A stretch of 63,976 nt of DNA, the filler included. It is 4 parts of 4 records of this genome, joined end to end, with 100 filler letters (N's around TTAATTAATTAA, not from the genome) between each part and the next. Parts side by side here need not be neighbours in the genome. Positions count along the whole stretch, not along the records: positions 57,579 to 63,976 come from SRR20825006_473; 3 more parts are not named here. One strand, 5' to 3'. Numbering within the stretch: position 1 is the first letter of the stretch; the number at the start of each line of letters is the position of its first letter. Position numbers and translations under genes: made by a program. Of the stretch, positions 60,695-63,976 are shown one piece after another. Below the pieces are notes generated by a model. The model saw nothing but the letters and a program-made list of their open reading frames with translations, was not told where the DNA came from and did not search any database.

Positions 60695-62104
60695 ATGTTA
60701 TCCCTATTGAAATTTCTGCGTTGGCTTTTCCAAAAAACGGCCACGGTTCTTTTAATTGGTGTGCTGGCATTGGCGGCTTACGGCCTGTGGATGTTTTTGC
60801 GGGATAACGTGGATTTTGATCTCCAACGAAACGAGATCGTGCGCGCGTTGACCGGTGAACGCGCGAAGATCAACCTCGCGATCAATGATGTGGATCAGCG
60901 GCTGGAATCACTCACGCTCCAGATGGAATCGGAGCGGGAGCGGGTGGCAAAGACGGACGCAATTATCGCGAAACTGACCTCGTTGGAAAGCACTTGGGAT
61001 CGTCTGATCGGTAATCCGGAGCAACAGGCCGCCAATCAGAAGCAGAAAGCCCGCATGATGCAGTTAAAGGCTGAGGCTGAAGGCAAAGTCGCTGCTTTGC
61101 AGGAGAAATATGATCGAACCACGTGGGAACGGGACGGTCTGGAGATTGCACTTGGTCGCACCGAGGCGCGGCTCGTGGCGATTGAGGAACAAAAATCGAA
61201 AGTGCTCCATTATGCCGAGGCGGCCTGGATGAAAATACGTTGGTGGTTACTGGGCGCAGTCGCGCTGTATTTGTTTGGGCCGACTCTGGGGAAAAGTTTT
61301 CTTTACTACGGCATCGCGCCGACGATCATCCGGGGACGTCCGGTGTGTTTGTCGCAGGAGCGCGGAGAAATGCCCGATATCAGCCCGAGTCAGGTCTCCT
61401 TGGATATTCCGCTGCAAGCCGGCGATAAGTTATGGATTCGGGAGAGATTTTTGCAGGCGTCGGATGAGGGGCTGCAAAAAAAGACGCGCTTACTCTTTGA
61501 TTGGAAGATGCCGTTTACCTGTTTAGCGAGCGGCCTCACGGAGTTGGTGGAACTGAAACCGGCGGAAGGTGAAGCCACGCAGCGCGTGACGTTGTCGAAT
61601 CATGCGAATCCGCATATCGAACTCGCGATGATTACCTTGAGCGAGGGTGCCTCATTGATCTTGCGACCGAGTTTTCTGGCGGGAGCAATCGCAACCGAAG
61701 GGAAGCGCTTGAAAATCCGCCGTCGCTGGCAGTTATTCCGGTGGCAGTCCTGGGTGACGTTGCAGTTTCGGTTTTTTGAATTTGTGGGACCGTGTCGGCT
61801 CATCGTCGCGGGCAGCCGTGGGGTGCGTCCGGAAGTTTTGACAAGGGGGCATGAGACCAAACCGATCGCTCGACGCGCCAATCAAAATGCGATTATCGGA
61901 TTTACTCCCAATCTCGATTATAAGCCGGTGAGAGCGGAAACCTTTTGGGGCTATTGTCGGGGCATGAATCCTTTGTTTGACGATCTGTTTGCCGGCGAAG
62001 GCGTGTTTATTTGCCAACAAGTCCCGATGGATGGCGAGGGTGGACAAATTCAGAAGTTCTGGGCTGGCCTCTGGAGTGGTGTGCTCAAAGTCTTTGGTTT
62101 GTGA
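60695..62104 (+). CDS. Hypothetical membrane protein: TM, coiled coil, TM, then a beta-rich (possibly AIM24-like) domain
   Basis: 469-aa ORF; hydrophobic segments near residues 16-34 and 183-208 flank a heptad-rich region. Confidence 0.75.
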   Translation: MLSLLKFLRWLFQKTATVLLIGVLALAAYGLWMFLRDNVDFDLQRNEIVRALTGERAKINLAINDVDQRLESLTLQMESERERVAKTDAIIAKLTSLESTWDRLIGNPEQQAANQKQKARMMQLKAEAEGKVAALQEKYDRTTWERDGLEIALGRTEARLVAIEEQKSKVLHYAEAAWMKIRWWLLGAVALYLFGPTLGKSFLYYGIAPTIIRGRPVCLSQERGEMPDISPSQVSLDIPLQAGDKLWIRERFLQASDEGLQKKTRLLFDWKMPFTCLASGLTELVELKPAEGEATQRVTLSNHANPHIELAMITLSEGASLILRPSFLAGAIATEGKRLKIRRRWQLFRWQSWVTLQFRFFEFVGPCRLIVAGSRGVRPEVLTRGHETKPIARRANQNAIIGFTPNLDYKPVRAETFWGYCRGMNPLFDDLFAGEGVFICQQVPMDGEGGQIQKFWAGLWSGVLKVFGL

Positions 62105-62772
62105 GTCACACAACAACATCACTCGGAATCATTTTTGATTGGGACGGGGTTATCATCGATTCCTCCCGGCAGCATGAAGAGAGCTGGGAGCGTCTCGCGG
62201 AGGAGGAGGGCAAGACGTTGCCGTCGGATCACTTCACGGTGGGCTTTGGTCGCAAAAACGAGTGGATCATTCCCTCGCTGCTGAAATGGACTACCGATCC
62301 CGCTGCGATTCATAAACTCTCGCTGAGGAAAGAGGCGCTTTATCGCGAAGTCGTGGTGGAGAAAGGCCTTGAAGCTTTGCCGGGGGTAGCGGAATTTCTC
62401 CACCGGTTAAAGGAGGCGGGGATCCCCACATGCGTGGGCTCCTCCACGCATCGTGAGAACATCGATACGATTATGGGTGTGCTTGGATTTGAGGGCATGT
62501 TCGGAGGGATTATCACGGCCGAAGACGTCTCTCATGGGAAACCTGATCCGGAAGTCTTTTTAAAGGCGGCAGCGAAGACCGGTTGTGCTCCGGAAAACTG
62601 TGTGGTTTTTGAAGATGCGCTGGCGGGAATCGAAGCCGCACGGGCTGGCGGCATGAAGGTCGTCGGCGTGGCAACCACTCATCCTGCTGATGAACTCGGT
62701 ATGACCGATCGGGTTGTCTCTCGTTTGGATGAACTTGAAATTGCGGATTTAGTGGCTCTGGTTTCGGGCTAA
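62101..62772 (+). CDS. HAD family phosphatase (beta-phosphoglucomutase-like)
   Basis: [18 protein letters not shown] and VFED motifs; GTG 62101 overlaps the upstream TGA. Confidence 0.9.
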   Translation: MSHTTTSLGIIFDWDGVIIDSSRQHEESWERLAEEEGKTLPSDHFTVGFGRKNEWIIPSLLKWTTDPAAIHKLSLRKEALYREVVVEKGLEALPGVAEFLHRLKEAGIPTCVGSSTHRENIDTIMGVLGFEGMFGGIITAEDVSHGKPDPEVFLKAAAKTGCAPENCVVFEDALAGIEAARAGGMKVVGVATTHPADELGMTDRVVSRLDELEIADLVALVSG

Positions 62773-62782
62773 TATCGTCGCC

Positions 62783-63976
62783 ATGCCGCCACTTTTTAAC
62801 CTCAAGTCCGACTATGAACCGACCGGCGATCAGCCGCAGGCGATCAAGGATTTGGTGGCTTCAATTCAGGCGGGAAATCGTGATCAGACCTTGCTCGGGG
62901 TGACCGGCTCCGGAAAGACCTTCACGATGGCCAACGTGATTGCGCAGTGCAATCGCCCGACGCTCATTATGTCGCACAACAAGACTCTGGCGGCACAGCT
63001 TTACTCCGAGTTCAAGGGGTTTTTCCCGGATAATGCCGTCGAGTATTTCGTGAGTTACTACGATTACTATCAGCCCGAGGCATACATCGCTTCGAGCGAC
63101 ACGTTTATTGAGAAGGATTCCTCGATCAACGAGGAGATCGAGCGACTGAGAATTGCGACGACAAGTTCGCTGGTCTCGCGGCGCGACGTGATTGTGGTGG
63201 CGAGTGTTTCCTGTATCTACGGTCTCGGCTCTCCGGAGGATTTTACCGAATTAAGAATCGCGATCCGCAAGGGCGAGACCCTCGGCCGGAATGTGCTGCT
63301 CGAAAAACTCGTGGATAATATTTACGAGCGGAACGACTACGAGTTGAAGCGCGGTTGTTTTCGCGTGCGGGGCGACGTTGTGGATATCATGCCAGCCTAT
63401 TCCGAACAGGGGCTGCGGGTAGAGTTTTTTGGCGATGAAGTGGAGGCGATCAGCGAATTTGAACCGATCAGTGGAAAGGTGATTCGCACGCTGGAGCAGT
63501 TCGATCTCTATCCGGCCAATCAATACGTGACGACGCGCGGAAAGATCGAACCGGCCATAGCGAATATCAAGGCGGAACTCGACGAACGGGTCGCATTTTT
63601 CGAAAAGCAGGGGCAACTCCTCGAGGCTCAGCGTGTGCGTATGCGGACGAATTACGATCTGGAGATGCTGCAAGAGATGGGGTTTTGCAACGGGATCGAA
63701 AACTATTCGCGGCATCTGAGCGGTCGTCGTCCCGGTGAGCGGCCCACCTGTCTGATCGATTTCTTCCCGGATGATTTTCTCGTAATGCTCGATGAAAGTC
63801 ACGCGACGGTGCCGCAGATTGGCGGCATGTCGAATGGCGACAAGGCACGGAAACAGAACCTGGTGGATTTCGGGTTCCGATTGCCATCGGCGTTGGATAA
63901 TCGACCGCAACGCTTCGAAGAGTTTCGGCAAATCACGGGACAGACCCTCTACGTGTCGGCGACCCCGGCGAAATAT
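62783..63976 (+). CDS. uvrB: Excinuclease ABC subunit B; 3' end truncated
   Basis: Not in the ORF track. Hand translation gives [53 protein letters not shown]. Confidence 0.97.
   Translation, partial: MPPLFNLKSDYEPTGDQPQAIKDLVASIQAGNRDQTLLGVTGSGKTFTMANVIAQCNRPTLIMSHNKTLAAQLYSEFKGFFPDNAVEYFVSYYDYYQPEAYIASSDTFIEKDSSINEEIERLRIATTSSLVSRRDVIVVASVSCIYGLGSPEDFTELRIAIRKGETLGRNVLLEKLVDNIYERNDYELKRGCFRVRGDVVDIMPAYSEQGLRVEFFGDEVEAISEFEPISGKVIRTLEQFDLYPANQYVTTRGKIEPAIANIKAELDERVAFFEKQGQLLEAQRVRMRTNYDLEMLQEMGFCNGIENYSRHLSGRRPGERPTCLIDFFPDDFLVMLDESHATVPQIGGMSNGDKARKQNLVDFGFRLPSALDNRPQRFEEFRQITGQTLYVSATPAKY

Noticed and set aside
63251-63931. 226-aa minus-strand ORF
   Set aside because: Antisense to the clear uvrB frame

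Overview
This window is not one locus. It is four unrelated contigs joined by 100-bp N linkers that carry TTAATTAATTAA (18898-18997, 39985-40084, 57479-57578). (1) 1-18897 is a gammaproteobacterial core region: AAA-ATPase/DamX-like gene, aroB, aroK, pilMNOPQ, mrcA, an M48 protease, rpmE, and miaB-phoH-ybeY-corC-lnt-trkH-methyltransferase. (2) 18998-39984 is an AT-rich Flavobacteriaceae-like region: a large lipoprotein, two tandem SusC/SusD pairs, rnhB, a porin, a class V PLP enzyme, egtB-egtD-unknown ORF, thyA and the end of nupC. (3) 40085-57478 is a second Flavobacteriaceae-like core region: partial tRNA-Ser, methyltransferase, AI-2E transporter, rsmE, tsaD, tamB, ridA, lptD, amidase, mlaD and an Fe-S protein. 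(4) 57579-63976 is a GC-richer, probably Verrucomicrobia-like region: antiporter, methyltransferase, gdhA, an unknown coiled-coil protein, a HAD phosphatase and uvrB. Most genes are housekeeping. The signals most worth following up are: two SusC/SusD modules with matching promoters, N-termini and terminators around divergent bodies; mosaic 7/8-nt periodic repeat tracts shared by both ends of contig 2; a Flavo-1-like RNA antisense in the thyA leader; an egtB-egtD operon with an unknown third gene; and a probable non-canonical ATC start for tamB. All family and taxon calls come from motif recognition by eye, not database searches.
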